Shown one piece after another: positions 1 to 10,700 of a DNA stretch of 64,000 nt. Location of the stretch: NCBI GenBank assembly GCA_947646415.1, contig CANSGN010000005.1, forward strand, positions 14,083-78,082, read 5' to 3'. Position 1 is the stretch's first letter. Every line of letters starts with the position of its first letter. The translations under genes and the position numbers were made by a program. The notes under the pieces are model-generated. The model ran no database searches. It was not told the origin of the DNA and was given only the letters and a program-made list of their open reading frames with translations. The stretch is from an uncultured Clostridia bacterium. GTDB lineage: Bacteria; Bacillota; Clostridia; Christensenellales; UBA3700.

Positions 1-1478
1 TTTGTCTCTATATTTTTTGAGCCGTCCAAATCGGCGATAGTCCTTGCAACTTTTAATATTCTTGCATTGGCTCTTCCCGATAATCTTAGTTTATCAAATG
101 CAATTTCCATTAAATTTTCAGACTGCTTGGAGATAGCACAATATTCCTCTAGCATCGCATTTGTCATTTCGGAATTTGTAAATATTTTACTTCCTTTAAA
201 TCTTTCACGCTGAATTTCGCGTGCAGCCTCTACACGTTGTTTTATTACTGCACTTGGCTCTGCTTTTACTTTCGAGCGTAAATCGTCATAACTTACACTG
301 TCAACTTCTACTTGCAAATCTATCCTGTCAAGTAGCGGTCCCGACAACTTGTTTACATATCTATGTATTTCGTTAGGCGTACATTTACAAGGATTTTTTG
401 CCGACCCGAAATTGCCGCATGGGCAAGGATTCATACTTGCAACCAACATAAAGTGACATGGGTATTCAAGCGTCATTTTTGCTCGCGATATAACTACCGT
501 ACCATCCTCCAATGGTTGCCTTAATGTCTCCAAAGTTTTTCTTGAATATTCAGGCATTTCATCCAAAAACAAAACACCATTATGAGCAAGGCTTATCTCT
601 CCCGGTTTGCAGTTTGCACCGCCACCTGTAAGCGACGGAACGGTTGCAGTGTGATGTGGGGAACGGAAAGGTCTTGTTTTTACAATTCCCAAAGATTGGT
701 CAAGCGTACCAGCAATGCTGTGAATTTTAGTCACTTCGATTGCCTCTTCAAATGTCATATTCGGCATAATCGTCGGTACACATTTTGCAAGCATTGTCTT
801 ACCTGCACCGGGAGGACCAATCATAAGTATGTTATGTCCGCCCGAAACACTTATTTCAAGTGCGCGTTTTGCCAAGAACTGTCCTTTTACATCTGAAAAA
901 TCAACATTAAACTTATTAATTTGTTCGTCAATCATATACTCAGAGCACTTAACTTTTTCGATTGTTTTATTACCCGATAAAAACTCTACTACATCCCTTA
1001 ATGATGAAACAGCATAGCACTCCGCTTTTTCCAAATAGCTAGCCTCATTTTCGTTTGCTTTTGGGATAATATATTTTGTATAACCACTCTCAAGCCCTGC
1101 TATCAATGTAGGCAATATGCCGTTAATATGTCTTACGCTGCCGTCAAGTGATAATTCTCCCAAAATGATATAATCCTTATACACAAATGCAGGTATTTGC
1201 TCCGATGCGGCAAGTATGCCTACAGCGATTGCTAAGTCAAAAACAGGTCCTTCTTTTCGCAAATCGGCAGGGGCTAAATTTATGGTTATTTTTTTAACCG
1301 GATAATTTAAGCCGCTGTTTTTTATTGCGGAACGTATCCTCTCCCTACTTTCCTTTATCGCTGTATCCGGCAAACCAACCGTATCATAAGACGGCAAACC
1401 GGCATTTATGTCGATTTCTATATCAATTTTAAAACCTTTTACTCCGTTTAAGGCAAAACTATTTGTTTTTGCTAACAT
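1..1478 (-). CDS. comM: Mg-chelatase-like AAA+ ATPase, ComM/YifB family (C-terminal ~25 aa cut by window edge)
   Basis: Not in the ORF track because it runs off the window. Minus-strand translation from ATG 1478 reads MLAKTNSFALNGVKGF... Walker A MIGPPGAGKTMLAK lies at ~790-830. The sequence reads ...VARTIADLDGSKNIET at nt 1. The start overlaps the upstream stop (TAATG). Confidence 0.85.
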   Translation of the reverse strand, partial: MLAKTNSFALNGVKGFKIDIEIDINAGLPSYDTVGLPDTAIKESRERIRSAIKNSGLNYPVKKITINLAPADLRKEGPVFDLAIAVGILAASEQIPAFVYKDYIILGELSLDGSVRHINGILPTLIAGLESGYTKYIIPKANENEASYLEKAECYAVSSLRDVVEFLSGNKTIEKVKCSEYMIDEQINKFNVDFSDVKGQFLAKRALEISVSGGHNILMIGPPGAGKTMLAKCVPTIMPNMTFEEAIEVTKIHSIAGTLDQSLGIVKTRPFRSPHHTATVPSLTGGGANCKPGEISLAHNGVLFLDEMPEYSRKTLETLRQPLEDGTVVISRAKMTLEYPCHFMLVASMNPCPCGNFGSAKNPCKCTPNEIHRYVNKLSGPLLDRIDLQVEVDSVSYDDLRSKVKAEPSAVIKQRVEAAREIQRERFKGSKIFTNSEMTNAMLEEYCAISKQSENLMEIAFDKLRLSGRANARILKVARTIADLDGSKNIET

Positions 1479-3724
1479 TATTTTTTCCTTTGTAATAACT
1501 TAATAACTCTATTTTTGTTGTAATCAAAGTCCTCTTTGAACTCTAATAGCAAATTGTCAGGCATTGGCTTTATTTCCTTTTCTACGCCGTTTGCCATGAT
1601 ATCATACATAACCCACAACAAATAAATTACCGTACCTACTGTAATCAATGAGCCGATGATATAAAGCGGGTCTAATTTGTAAAGGTGCGAAAGCCCTGTG
1701 CCATCCAAAAACGCAAAGTTGATTGCTCCGCTTTTTGTTAATATAACTGCCGTATTTACAAAGTTGGTTATTGATAAAATAACAAACACTCTAAATACGC
1801 GTCTTTCCATTTTTAGTCCTGCATACAACAATAGCAATACAACACCTACAAGTGTAAATTCTACCCTTGAGCCTACACCGAATACCGACCATAAAATAAA
1901 GGACATTGCAAGCAATAGGATATAATCAAGCCTGTTTCTTGTTTTGCTGAACAAATATACACCGAAAATGACAAACAAAATCATTACTAATGCAATTAAA
2001 ATAATCATTGCGGCTGTAGAGGCATTATTGCCCAAACCGAATATCGCATAGAAGTTGAATGAGCTGTTTGAAATCAAATTGTTAGCTTTGATATTTTCAA
2101 GCATTTTACTAAACACTAGGAATACACCGCTTGGTTTACTGTTAGGTGCAAAATATTCGGTTGCAAATGGTATAAACAAGCAATAGAATACTATAAAGCT
2201 TGCAACAGATGCAATAACGATAGGCAAAATTGCTTTTATATCTTTTACGCAGAAGAAAATTTCATACCCGATAATTACAGGCAGTGCTATTAGCATTGCA
2301 TTGCTGAACATTAATGCCAAAGTATACATAATAGGCACAAACACATGTTTTTTCTCTATCATAAAATTGATAGCGGCAACCAAAAATGCAATGCTTATAC
2401 TCATATTAAGTCCCCAAGAAACAGATGCCGTAAATGCAGCCGGTAGAAGTGCATAAACACCGGCAATAACAGCACTATACTTATGGTTGTAGTTACTTGC
2501 TATCATTTTGTAAATCATATAGCATACTGCAAGGTCTGCGATAATATTAGGTATTCTTATAAGCATAGACATACCTATTGACTTTTCGGTAAAGTCGAGT
2601 GCATTTCCTATCAAACCAAATAGCGAAAGCACATACAAATACCCTGTCGGCAAACTATTGGAGTGAACACCATACAGTTTAGATGGTCCTTCTTTAGCAA
2701 TATCAAGTGCAATTCCCGCATATTCGGTCATTGTGTCGCCCATACCAAACACAGTCATTATCAATATAAATCTTATTAAAAACGCACCGACCAATGTATA
2801 AATAAACAATGCGATAGGAGACAACAAAGTAGTTTTTAAGTTGTTTAATTCAAAAAATTCTTTAAACGACTTTTTAACTTTCACATCGGTTGCAGTCTTA
2901 TCTTCGTCCTTTACTATTCCGTCATTGTCATCGTCGAATAGCGGTGCACTGTCGATATAATTGCTTTTCTTTTGCAAAATTCTGATAACGTAATAAGCAC
3001 CGATAACCAATGCAGCACCAAATAAGCATAAAAGCACAGTATAAACAATACCGCCTACTTCCTTGTCACTGACACTGCTGCCCGGGGTTAATTTTGCTGT
3101 ATTTGTACCGACAGGTACTTCTTTTACAGCTTTTATCGAAATATTGTCAAATGCGATTGTACCGCTACCGCCGCCCAAATCTTCCCTGCCAATACCTGCA
3201 ACGAATGTATATTTTGCGGTAGAAGTCGGTTTAAAGTAAATATTTCTGGTTATCCAACCGTTTGAATCATAAGCATTGATTTCTTGGAAATTTTTATCTT
3301 CCAAAAAACCGAAATAGCCACCGATAGCGTCATTATCTCCGCTTTCAGTAGTAATCTTCTTTTTAACATTAAAAGTTACAGACAAAAGATATTTTTGTCC
3401 CGAATACAATTTGACACTTGTTTTTAAATATGCAGTAGCATAATCCTCGGTAGTGATAGAAATATACCTATCCCCAAATTCCGCCTCATTACTACCTACA
3501 AGCGGTTTTTCAGCTTGAAAACTTTTTTCGGAATTTTTGCTACCATCTTTGTTGACATACACAAAGCTCCAATTTTCAAGTGTTTTTGTATCTTGATTCA
3601 TCGATTCAAAATTACCGTTTACAAGCAATTCGTTACCTATTTTATGGCTACAGCCCGTAAGCAACGTTGCAAGTATTGCGATAACAGCAAAGCAAATCAA
3701 AAGTGTTTTGCCAAACCTTTTCAT
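1478..3724 (-). CDS. Membrane protein: lipobox signal, CBM-like ectodomain and polytopic GT-C-like (ArnT/PMT/YfhO-type) domain; function uncertain
   Basis: 748-aa ORF with SD AAGAGGTG upstream. Lipobox LLTGC/S, then ELLVNGNFES (CBM4/9-like opening), then 10 or more TM helices with a GMGDTMTEY loop. Confidence 0.6.
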   Translation of the reverse strand: MKRFGKTLLICFAVIAILATLLTGCSHKIGNELLVNGNFESMNQDTKTLENWSFVYVNKDGSKNSEKSFQAEKPLVGSNEAEFGDRYISITTEDYATAYLKTSVKLYSGQKYLLSVTFNVKKKITTESGDNDAIGGYFGFLEDKNFQEINAYDSNGWITRNIYFKPTSTAKYTFVAGIGREDLGGGSGTIAFDNISIKAVKEVPVGTNTAKLTPGSSVSDKEVGGIVYTVLLCLFGAALVIGAYYVIRILQKKSNYIDSAPLFDDDNDGIVKDEDKTATDVKVKKSFKEFFELNNLKTTLLSPIALFIYTLVGAFLIRFILIMTVFGMGDTMTEYAGIALDIAKEGPSKLYGVHSNSLPTGYLYVLSLFGLIGNALDFTEKSIGMSMLIRIPNIIADLAVCYMIYKMIASNYNHKYSAVIAGVYALLPAAFTASVSWGLNMSISIAFLVAAINFMIEKKHVFVPIMYTLALMFSNAMLIALPVIIGYEIFFCVKDIKAILPIVIASVASFIVFYCLFIPFATEYFAPNSKPSGVFLVFSKMLENIKANNLISNSSFNFYAIFGLGNNASTAAMIILIALVMILFVIFGVYLFSKTRNRLDYILLLAMSFILWSVFGVGSRVEFTLVGVVLLLLYAGLKMERRVFRVFVILSITNFVNTAVILTKSGAINFAFLDGTGLSHLYKLDPLYIIGSLITVGTVIYLLWVMYDIMANGVEKEIKPMPDNLLLEFKEDFDYNKNRVIKLLQRKK

Positions 3725-3861
3725 TTTGCACCTCTTATTTTTATATTATTATTATAATAAAACATTTTAAACTAAATAGCAACCCTTTTTTATTTATTTT
3801 TACAAATTTAACCAATTTAATTTCATAAAATTTGTAATTTTACATATAATATATTTAAAAA

Positions 3862-3895
3862 AATAAAAAGTAGCCATATTCTGACTACTTTTTAA
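3862..3895 (-). terminator. Weak intrinsic terminator after degV
   Basis: Minus strand reads AAAAGTAG-N12-CTACTTTT followed by a T-run. Confidence 0.45.
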
Positions 3896-3914
3896 TATTT
3901 TTTTGCGTTTAAAA

Positions 3915-4820
3915 TCAATTATTTCCTGTGAAAGGTAGTATCAAACTTTGTTGCCCCTGTCTTTCATGACCTTTAAAGAAAACCGCTACTGTATTAGGTC
4001 CTACATGAGAGCCGATAACACATGTCAAATCGCAATATTTCACTTCCAAACCTGTTCTTTCAGTCAATACTTCCCCAATTTCTTTAGCATCTTCCAAGCA
4101 ATCGCTGTGTGCCATAATCAAAAAGTCGTTTTCTGGAATGATAATGTTTTTCATAACCATATCTACCATAGTTTTAAAAGCTTTTTTCTGACCGCGAACT
4201 TTGCCAACTACATTAATTTTACCTACATAATCCAACGACAAAACAGGTTTAATACCCAAAATTGTACCGATTGTTGCCTCTATAGCATTAATTCTGCCGC
4301 CTTTTTTCAAGTGTGCCAAATCTTGTACGATATAATAATGCAAATAACACAATTTATTTTCTTCGCAGTACTGTGCAACTTCCTCTATGCTTTTGCCTTG
4401 TTTTTGCAATTTTAAGCAATCATTTAATAACAAACCTAAAGCACCTGACCCGCAAAGTGTATCAACTACGATAACTTTATTATCAGGAAATTTCTTACTA
4501 AGCTCGTTTACTGTAGGAGTAAAATTTTCAAATGTAGAACTTACTCCCGAGGAAAAACATAAATGAAGTATATCATATCCTTTATTTAGTAAGTCGTTGA
4601 ATTTAGTAATAGCATCAAATTGATTTGCTTGAGAAGTTTTGCATGCCGCTCCTGCACGCATTTTATCGTATAAATCTTTTGAAGATATTTTTTTGTTTTC
4701 CAAATCATATTCTTCCCCATCAATAGCGATAGGCATAACTACTCTCACAATGTCATTTTCATCAAAAAATTCAGGATAAATGTCGCAAGTATAGTCAGTT
4801 GTAATTACAAATTTATTCAT
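3915..4820 (-). CDS. DegV family fatty-acid-binding protein
   Basis: 301 aa. N-terminus MNKFVITTDYTCDIYPEFF... and overall layout are typical of DegV. SD AAGGAG. Confidence 0.88.
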   Translation of the reverse strand: MNKFVITTDYTCDIYPEFFDENDIVRVVMPIAIDGEEYDLENKKISSKDLYDKMRAGAACKTSQANQFDAITKFNDLLNKGYDILHLCFSSGVSSTFENFTPTVNELSKKFPDNKVIVVDTLCGSGALGLLLNDCLKLQKQGKSIEEVAQYCEENKLCYLHYYIVQDLAHLKKGGRINAIEATIGTILGIKPVLSLDYVGKINVVGKVRGQKKAFKTMVDMVMKNIIIPENDFLIMAHSDCLEDAKEIGEVLTERTGLEVKYCDLTCVIGSHVGPNTVAVFFKGHERQGQQSLILPFTGNN

Positions 4821-4854
4821 TTTAGCTCCTTATTCTTTTACCTTGATAACTAAA

Positions 4855-4883
4855 TATTAACACATTATTTAAAATTAGTCAAT
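4855..4883 (-). promoter_or_regulatory. Sigma-A-type promoter for degV
   Basis: Minus strand TTGACT-N17-TAATAT. Confidence 0.5.
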
Positions 4884-5032
4884 GTAAAAATCAAATAAAA
4901 AATAATTTTATTGAAAATTTAATTTGTTTTTATAAATACACCTCAAAATTCACAAAACTTTTATTTTTTGTGTAATAATTATGTCATTTTAACTATTTTT
5001 TGTGTAAAGTTTTTGACAATTTATTTTACAAC

Positions 5033-5067
5033 AAAATAATCTCCGACAATTTCGGAGATTATTTTTG
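5033..5067. terminator. Bidirectional hairpin terminating the pfkA/pfp transcript
   Basis: ATAATCTCCGA-caatt-TCGGAGATTAT flanked by A- and T-runs. Confidence 0.65.
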
Positions 5068-5115
5068 CTTTAGAATATTTTGTATTTTTACTTAAAATTT
5101 GCGATTAGAAATTTA

Positions 5116-6366
5116 TTACTTTTTCTCAACGAAAACTTTTTTTAGTTTTGCAAATCTTGGAAGACCATCCTCAAGAGGAGCTTTGCAATCGCCTTGAATC
5201 AAAGGTAAAGCATATTTAACAAACTCGTCGGATACATCTGTACCGTTGTTAATAATCCACTCTGCAGGAACTGTTTTTTCGGTATTTGCAGCAAGTTCTA
5301 ATGGCATAGCTTTGTAGTTACATACATAGTTACCGTCTTTATCATAAGAACGCTCGAAAATAACCATCTTATCTGTTTCGCCGCTTACAGCAACTTTAAC
5401 GGACTCACGACCTGCATTGAAAGCTTCCTCAACGTCAACTTTACTTGCAAGGTGTGCACCACATCTTTGCATCAAGCTAAATTCGATAGCTCTTGTCTTG
5501 CAACCGAATTTCTCTTTGCAAATGTTTGCAAGAGCTGCGCCTACACCGCCAAGTTGAGCGTGACCGAATGAGTCTTTTGCAAGATTTTCAGCAAATAGCT
5601 CAGCAACCAAAGTACCCTCTGCATTTTTAATACCTTCGCTTACGCAAACAAGGCATTTATTTGCATTTTTCTTCATTACAGCATCAACGTCTTTAACAAA
5701 CTTATCAATATCAAAAGCTACTTCAGGAAGATAAATCAAATCCGGACCAAGTCCTTTGTAACTTGCAAGTTTAGATGCAGCAGTAAGCCATCCTGCATTT
5801 CTACCCATAACTTCGATAACTGTAATCATTGGAGTATCGTAAACGCTTGCATCAAGCTTAACTTCCATAGTAGTTGTAGCAACATATTTAGCAGCAGAAG
5901 CATAACCCGGGCAATGGTCTGTACCAAACAAATCGTTATCGATAGTCTTTGGAACACCGATTACTTTGCACTCCCAACCGCTGTTTGCCATAAACTTGGA
6001 AATTTTGTTACAAGTATCCATACTGTCGTTTCCGCCATTATAGAAGAAATATCTTACATTGTATTTTTTGAACACTTCAAGCAATCTCTTATAATCTGTA
6101 TCGTCAACGCTTGCATCTTTTAGCTTATATCTAACAGAGCCCATTGCAGAACTTGGAGTGTTCTTAAGTAGCAATAGCTCTTCCTTTGACTCTTTTGAAA
6201 TATCGTAGAATTCTTCGTGTAGAATACCTCTGATACCATGTGCTGCGCCGTAAACTTCTGTGATGCAATCTTGCTCTAAAGCTTCGATAAACACACCTGC
6301 TGCACTGCTGTTGATTACTGATGATGGACCACCTGATTGTCCAAACATACAAGCACCTTTTAACAT
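5116..6366 (-). CDS. pfp: Pyrophosphate-dependent 6-phosphofructokinase (PPi-PFK type)
   Basis: 416 aa of the PFK fold. GGNDS (Asp where ATP-PFKs have Gly) and PKTIDND (Lys where ATP-PFKs have Gly). SD GGAGG 9 nt upstream. Confidence 0.8.
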   Translation of the reverse strand: MLKGACMFGQSGGPSSVINSSAAGVFIEALEQDCITEVYGAAHGIRGILHEEFYDISKESKEELLLLKNTPSSAMGSVRYKLKDASVDDTDYKRLLEVFKKYNVRYFFYNGGNDSMDTCNKISKFMANSGWECKVIGVPKTIDNDLFGTDHCPGYASAAKYVATTTMEVKLDASVYDTPMITVIEVMGRNAGWLTAASKLASYKGLGPDLIYLPEVAFDIDKFVKDVDAVMKKNANKCLVCVSEGIKNAEGTLVAELFAENLAKDSFGHAQLGGVGAALANICKEKFGCKTRAIEFSLMQRCGAHLASKVDVEEAFNAGRESVKVAVSGETDKMVIFERSYDKDGNYVCNYKAMPLELAANTEKTVPAEWIINNGTDVSDEFVKYALPLIQGDCKAPLEDGLPRFAKLKKVFVEKK

Positions 6367-6392
6367 AAATTTTTACCTCCGTAATTTTAAAA

Positions 6393-7358
6393 TTATAAAC
6401 TTAATATATTAATTTGCTCGTATAAAGCATTATTAAATTTCCTCTTCATTTTTACTGCTTCCACAATGTCATAGTCAATAATCTCGTTATCTTTAATACC
6501 GACTGCTCTTTGTGATTTACCCTCTATCAACAAATCAACCGCACGAATTGCAAATTTTGCAGCAAGTTGTCTGTCCATCATAGTTGGCGAGCCGCCTCGT
6601 TGGATATGTCCTAATGTAGTACATCTGATAGAAAGTTTAGGATTTATACCTTTAAGCATTATTTTTAGTTCTTCTGCATGGCAAACGCCCTCTGCCAATA
6701 TAATAATATCGGAATTTTTGCCTTTTGCAGCATTCTCTGTAAGTCTTTTTGAGATATCCAAAATATTCAACTCTACTTCGGGAACTATTACATTTTCCGC
6801 ACCGCCGCACAATGCCGTATACATTGCTATATCGCCGCATTTTCTGCCCATAACTTCCACAATGCTTATTCTGTCATGAGATGTCATTGTATCACGCAAA
6901 TTGTTTATTGCACTTAAACAAGTATTGACAGCAGTATCAAATCCCAATGTATAATCGGTATATTGCAAATCATTATCTATCGTGCCAGGAATACCAACGG
7001 TATTTATACCAAAGTTAGTAGTCAAATCTTTAGCTCCCATCAAACTTCCGTTACCGCCAATAACTACCAAAGCATCGATTTTATACTTTTTCAAAGTAGC
7101 AACAGCTTTTTCCTGTCCCTCTATTGTTTCAAATTCAGGACACCTAGCAGTCCTTAAAATTGTACCGCCTCTTTGAATAATGTCGGAAACCGAGCGGGAA
7201 TTTAATTCACGTACTTGGTCCTCAATCAAGCCGGTGTATCCTCTTTCCACACCGAAAACTTTCAAACCTTTAGCCAAAGCGTATCTTGTTGTGGCTCTTA
7301 TACAAGCATTCATTCCTGGGGCATCGCCACCGCTTGTTAAAATAGCTATATTTTTCAT
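6393..7358 (-). CDS. pfkA: ATP-dependent 6-phosphofructokinase
   Basis: 321 aa. MKNIAILTSGGDAPGMNACIRA, GGNGS and PGTIDND motifs. Confidence 0.95.
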   Translation of the reverse strand: MKNIAILTSGGDAPGMNACIRATTRYALAKGLKVFGVERGYTGLIEDQVRELNSRSVSDIIQRGGTILRTARCPEFETIEGQEKAVATLKKYKIDALVVIGGNGSLMGAKDLTTNFGINTVGIPGTIDNDLQYTDYTLGFDTAVNTCLSAINNLRDTMTSHDRISIVEVMGRKCGDIAMYTALCGGAENVIVPEVELNILDISKRLTENAAKGKNSDIIILAEGVCHAEELKIMLKGINPKLSIRCTTLGHIQRGGSPTMMDRQLAAKFAIRAVDLLIEGKSQRAVGIKDNEIIDYDIVEAVKMKRKFNNALYEQINILSL

Positions 7359-7432
7359 TTAATTACCTCTTATAGATAAAATTTTTAACAAATAATCAAT
7401 AATGCCAAATTTAATCGATTTTCATAATATTT

Positions 7433-7681
7433 TTAATTTTCTTTATTATTTCGTACACTTTCGATAATTCCGAATTTAGTATATATTTTGGCATTTCCTT
7501 TTATTTTTATCAAGGAAGTTTTATCGGTAAATTGCATTACTAGCACTTCCCCTTTATCAAGTCCCTCGGTATGGTGCGGACGTGTATCTTGTCCACGTGT
7601 CATCCCTATAACTTGAACATTGGGACTATCTGCTTTTACCACAATATATTCACTTTGAGTGTTTTCACAAGTCAAATCCAT
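7433..7681 (-). CDS. mtrB: trp RNA-binding attenuation protein (TRAP) homolog
   Basis: 82 aa. YIVVKA..VQVIGMTRGQDTRPHHTEGLDKGEVLVMQFTDKTSLIKIKGNAKIYTKFGIIES aligns along its length with B. subtilis MtrB as I recall it. SD AAGGAG. Confidence 0.8.
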   Translation of the reverse strand: MDLTCENTQSEYIVVKADSPNVQVIGMTRGQDTRPHHTEGLDKGEVLVMQFTDKTSLIKIKGNAKIYTKFGIIESVRNNKEN

Positions 7682-7713
7682 AAAAACTCCTTAATTTTCC
7701 ATAATACATTTAA

Positions 7714-7742
7714 ATACTAATATATTTTTGCTAGTTTGTCAA
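7714..7742 (-). promoter_or_regulatory. Sigma-A-type promoter for mtrB
   Basis: Minus strand TTGACA-N17-TAGTAT, just downstream of the dnaE stop. Confidence 0.5.
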
Positions 7743-7798
7743 GATAATTTTAAATTTTATACTACAAAAAACCTCAAATATTTTTACACATTTGCATT

Positions 7799-10700
7799 TT
7801 AAACTAATTTATAATTATCCTCTCCTACTATTGCTGCGAGTTCACTTAACAACGCGGTTGTATTTTGTATTCTAACTCCGCTGTTTAATGCTTTACCATT
7901 AAACTTAAGTATAGCAGGAATCATACCGGGGTATGCGGATAGTACTTCGATAACATTTTTTACGGTAGACTCTTGATTATCCGCAATATTGACATACAAT
8001 TTACTTGATTTATTTACCACTTTGTCTACTTTTGGTGTTTCATCGGATAGTAACCACTCTTTAATTCCTCTTACCATTATTTGCGAACTGCCCGAAACTT
8101 GCAACTCTCCGTCTACTTTTACGATTTTATCCTTTACCAACAAAGGTTTATATTTATCGTACATTGTAGGGAAAAATATAATATCTATCGAACTATGCAA
8201 ATCTTCAAGTTTAACTACTGCCATAGACTTGTTTGATTTGGTTATTCGTATCCTCACATCGGTAATCATTCCGCCAAGCGAAACCGTTTTTTTATCGTAT
8301 TCCTTAATCAATGCGGTAACGTCGTTGTCTTCCATATTTTCTTCGCCGTCATCGCCCGCTCTTTCTGCATCCAAAATAGGTTTAATGTCATTTAAGGTAA
8401 AGGATTCTTCTGCATATTTTTCCCTGTATTCGTCAAGAGGATGTCCCGATAAATACAAGTTAAGCATATCCTTTTCGCTAGACAAAATATCATTTTTAGG
8501 ATATTCGGCAATCTTAGTCATATTAAAAGTACTTTCTTGCTCGCCAAACAAATCCTCAAACATTGTAATTTGCCCACCGTTGCTCAAAGCTTTGTCATGG
8601 TTGCTCACATTGATAATCGCCTCGTAATTGACTATATGAGTAGCTCTTGTTTCGCCAAAGCAGTCCAATGCACCTGCCTTTATCAATGACTCTAACATTC
8701 TTTTATTTAAAGCGGATTTGTCGGAACGTCTTATCAAATCTTCCAAATCTTTAAAATTACCATTTTTCTTTCTGTCCTCTACTATAGTAGAAATCGCAGC
8801 TTCGCCTACATTTTTAATACCCATTAAACCATAACGCAAACCGCCGTTTTCGCATTTAAAATATACGTCGGAAATATTAATATCGGGCGGATAAATGGTT
8901 ACACCGCTACCACGCAAATATTCTACGTATTTTGCAATTTCGTCTTGGTTGGTAATACGGTTGTTGATAACCGCAGCGATAAACTGAACAGGATAATATC
9001 TTTTTAAATAAGCTGTTTCATACGCGCAAACCGCATAAGCCGCAGCATGAGACTTGTTGAATGCGTAGGATGCAAAGCTCATCATATTATCGAATATTTT
9101 GTTTGCGGTATCCAAATCAACACCACGTTTCAAACATCCGTCGACTGCCTTTTGCGCAGGCTCAACAAGGTCGCCTTTATCATTATAAACAGCTTCCTTT
9201 GCCGGTGCACCGTAAATAAAATACTCCCTTTCTTTTGCAAGCACATCTGCCTTTTTCTTTGCCATGGCACGACGTACCAAATCGGCTCTGCCGTAAGTAT
9301 AACCTGCCAATACCTGAACTACCTGCATAACTTGTTCTTGATATACAAGACATCCGTAAGTCATATTCAAAATAGGCTCTAAAAGCGGATGCATATATTT
9401 AATTTTTTCCGGATTATTTTTACTATTTATATAATCGGGGATACTATCCATAGGCCCCGGACGATATAGTGAAATACCCGCTATTATATCCTCGAGAGAT
9501 TTCGGCAAAAGCTGTTTCATAAACTTTTTCATACCCGGAGACTCGAGTTGGAACACTGCATCAGTTTCGCCCGAACCTAAAAGTTCGTAAACATTAGGGT
9601 CGTCATAGCCCAATTTTTCAAAGTCTACTTCGTTGCCCGTAGTTTCCATTATATACTGCTTTGCCTTTTTAATATCCGTCAAAGTCCTTAAGCCCAAAAA
9701 GTCCATTTTTAACATTCCGACTTCTTCTACCTCTTCTTTTTGGAATTGTGTAGTAACGTCGTCGCCACTCTTTTGCAAAGGGACAAAGTCGGAAATAACT
9801 TCCTTACAAATAACTACGCCTGCCGCGTGTTTGGAGCACTGCCTTGGCATACCCTCAAGTTGCATAGCAATATCAAGCACTTTCTTCATTTGAGGGCTGT
9901 TATTGTACGCATCCAAAACTTCGGGGATTATCTCGTCTTGTGTTTTGCCTAAACCAAGCAGATTTTCAAGTTTTACTTTACCGCCCGGTATCATTTTGGT
10001 TATAGCATTAACTTCCGCAAGCGGAATATTGTAAACTCTCGCAACGTCCTTAATTGCATTTTTGGTTGCCATAGTACCAAGCGCCAATATTTGACATACC
10101 TTTTCCGCACCGTACTTTTCAATAACATATTCAATAACTTGTCCACGTCCGTCAACACAAAAGTCTATATCAAAGTCGGGATTTGAAACACGCTCCGGGT
10201 TCAAAAATCTTTCAAACAGCAAATTATATTTCAAAGGGTTTACATTTGTAATACCTATAGCGTAAGCAACAATACTTCCGACACCGCTACCACGTCCCGC
10301 ACCGACAGGTATATCGTGATTTCGTGCATAATCGATAAAATCCCATACTATCAAATAGTACTCCGCAAAGCCCATTTTGATAATAATATCAAGCTCGTAT
10401 TCTGCTCTTTCCTTTATCTCGTCGGTTATAGTTCCGTAACGTTTTACCAAACCGTCGTATGCAAGACTCCTTAAAAATTCCGCAGGTGTCTGTCCGTTAT
10501 CAGGTGTATACGGAGGCATTAAATCTTTCTTTTCTATCCTTACATGACATTTTGCTGCAATTTCAAACGGAGTTTCCAAAGATTCGGGACACCAACTAAA
10601 AAGTTCATACATTTCCTCGTAAGTTTTCAAATAAAACTCATCCGAATAAAATTTCATTCGTTTTGGGTCATCGATAGTCTTTCTGGTTTGAACGCAAAGC

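Noticed and set aside
7989-8627. Long antisense ORFs in the six-frame track, for example 7989-8627 opposite dnaE, 44910-45338 opposite iscU, 63210-63698 opposite dnaB, 39688-40410 opposite groEL and 582-1017 opposite comM.
   Set aside because: Each lies entirely inside a well-supported gene on the other strand. They have no SD, show skewed low-complexity composition (rich in F, L, I, S and C), and have no recognisable family. They are typical shadow ORFs of AT-rich DNA.
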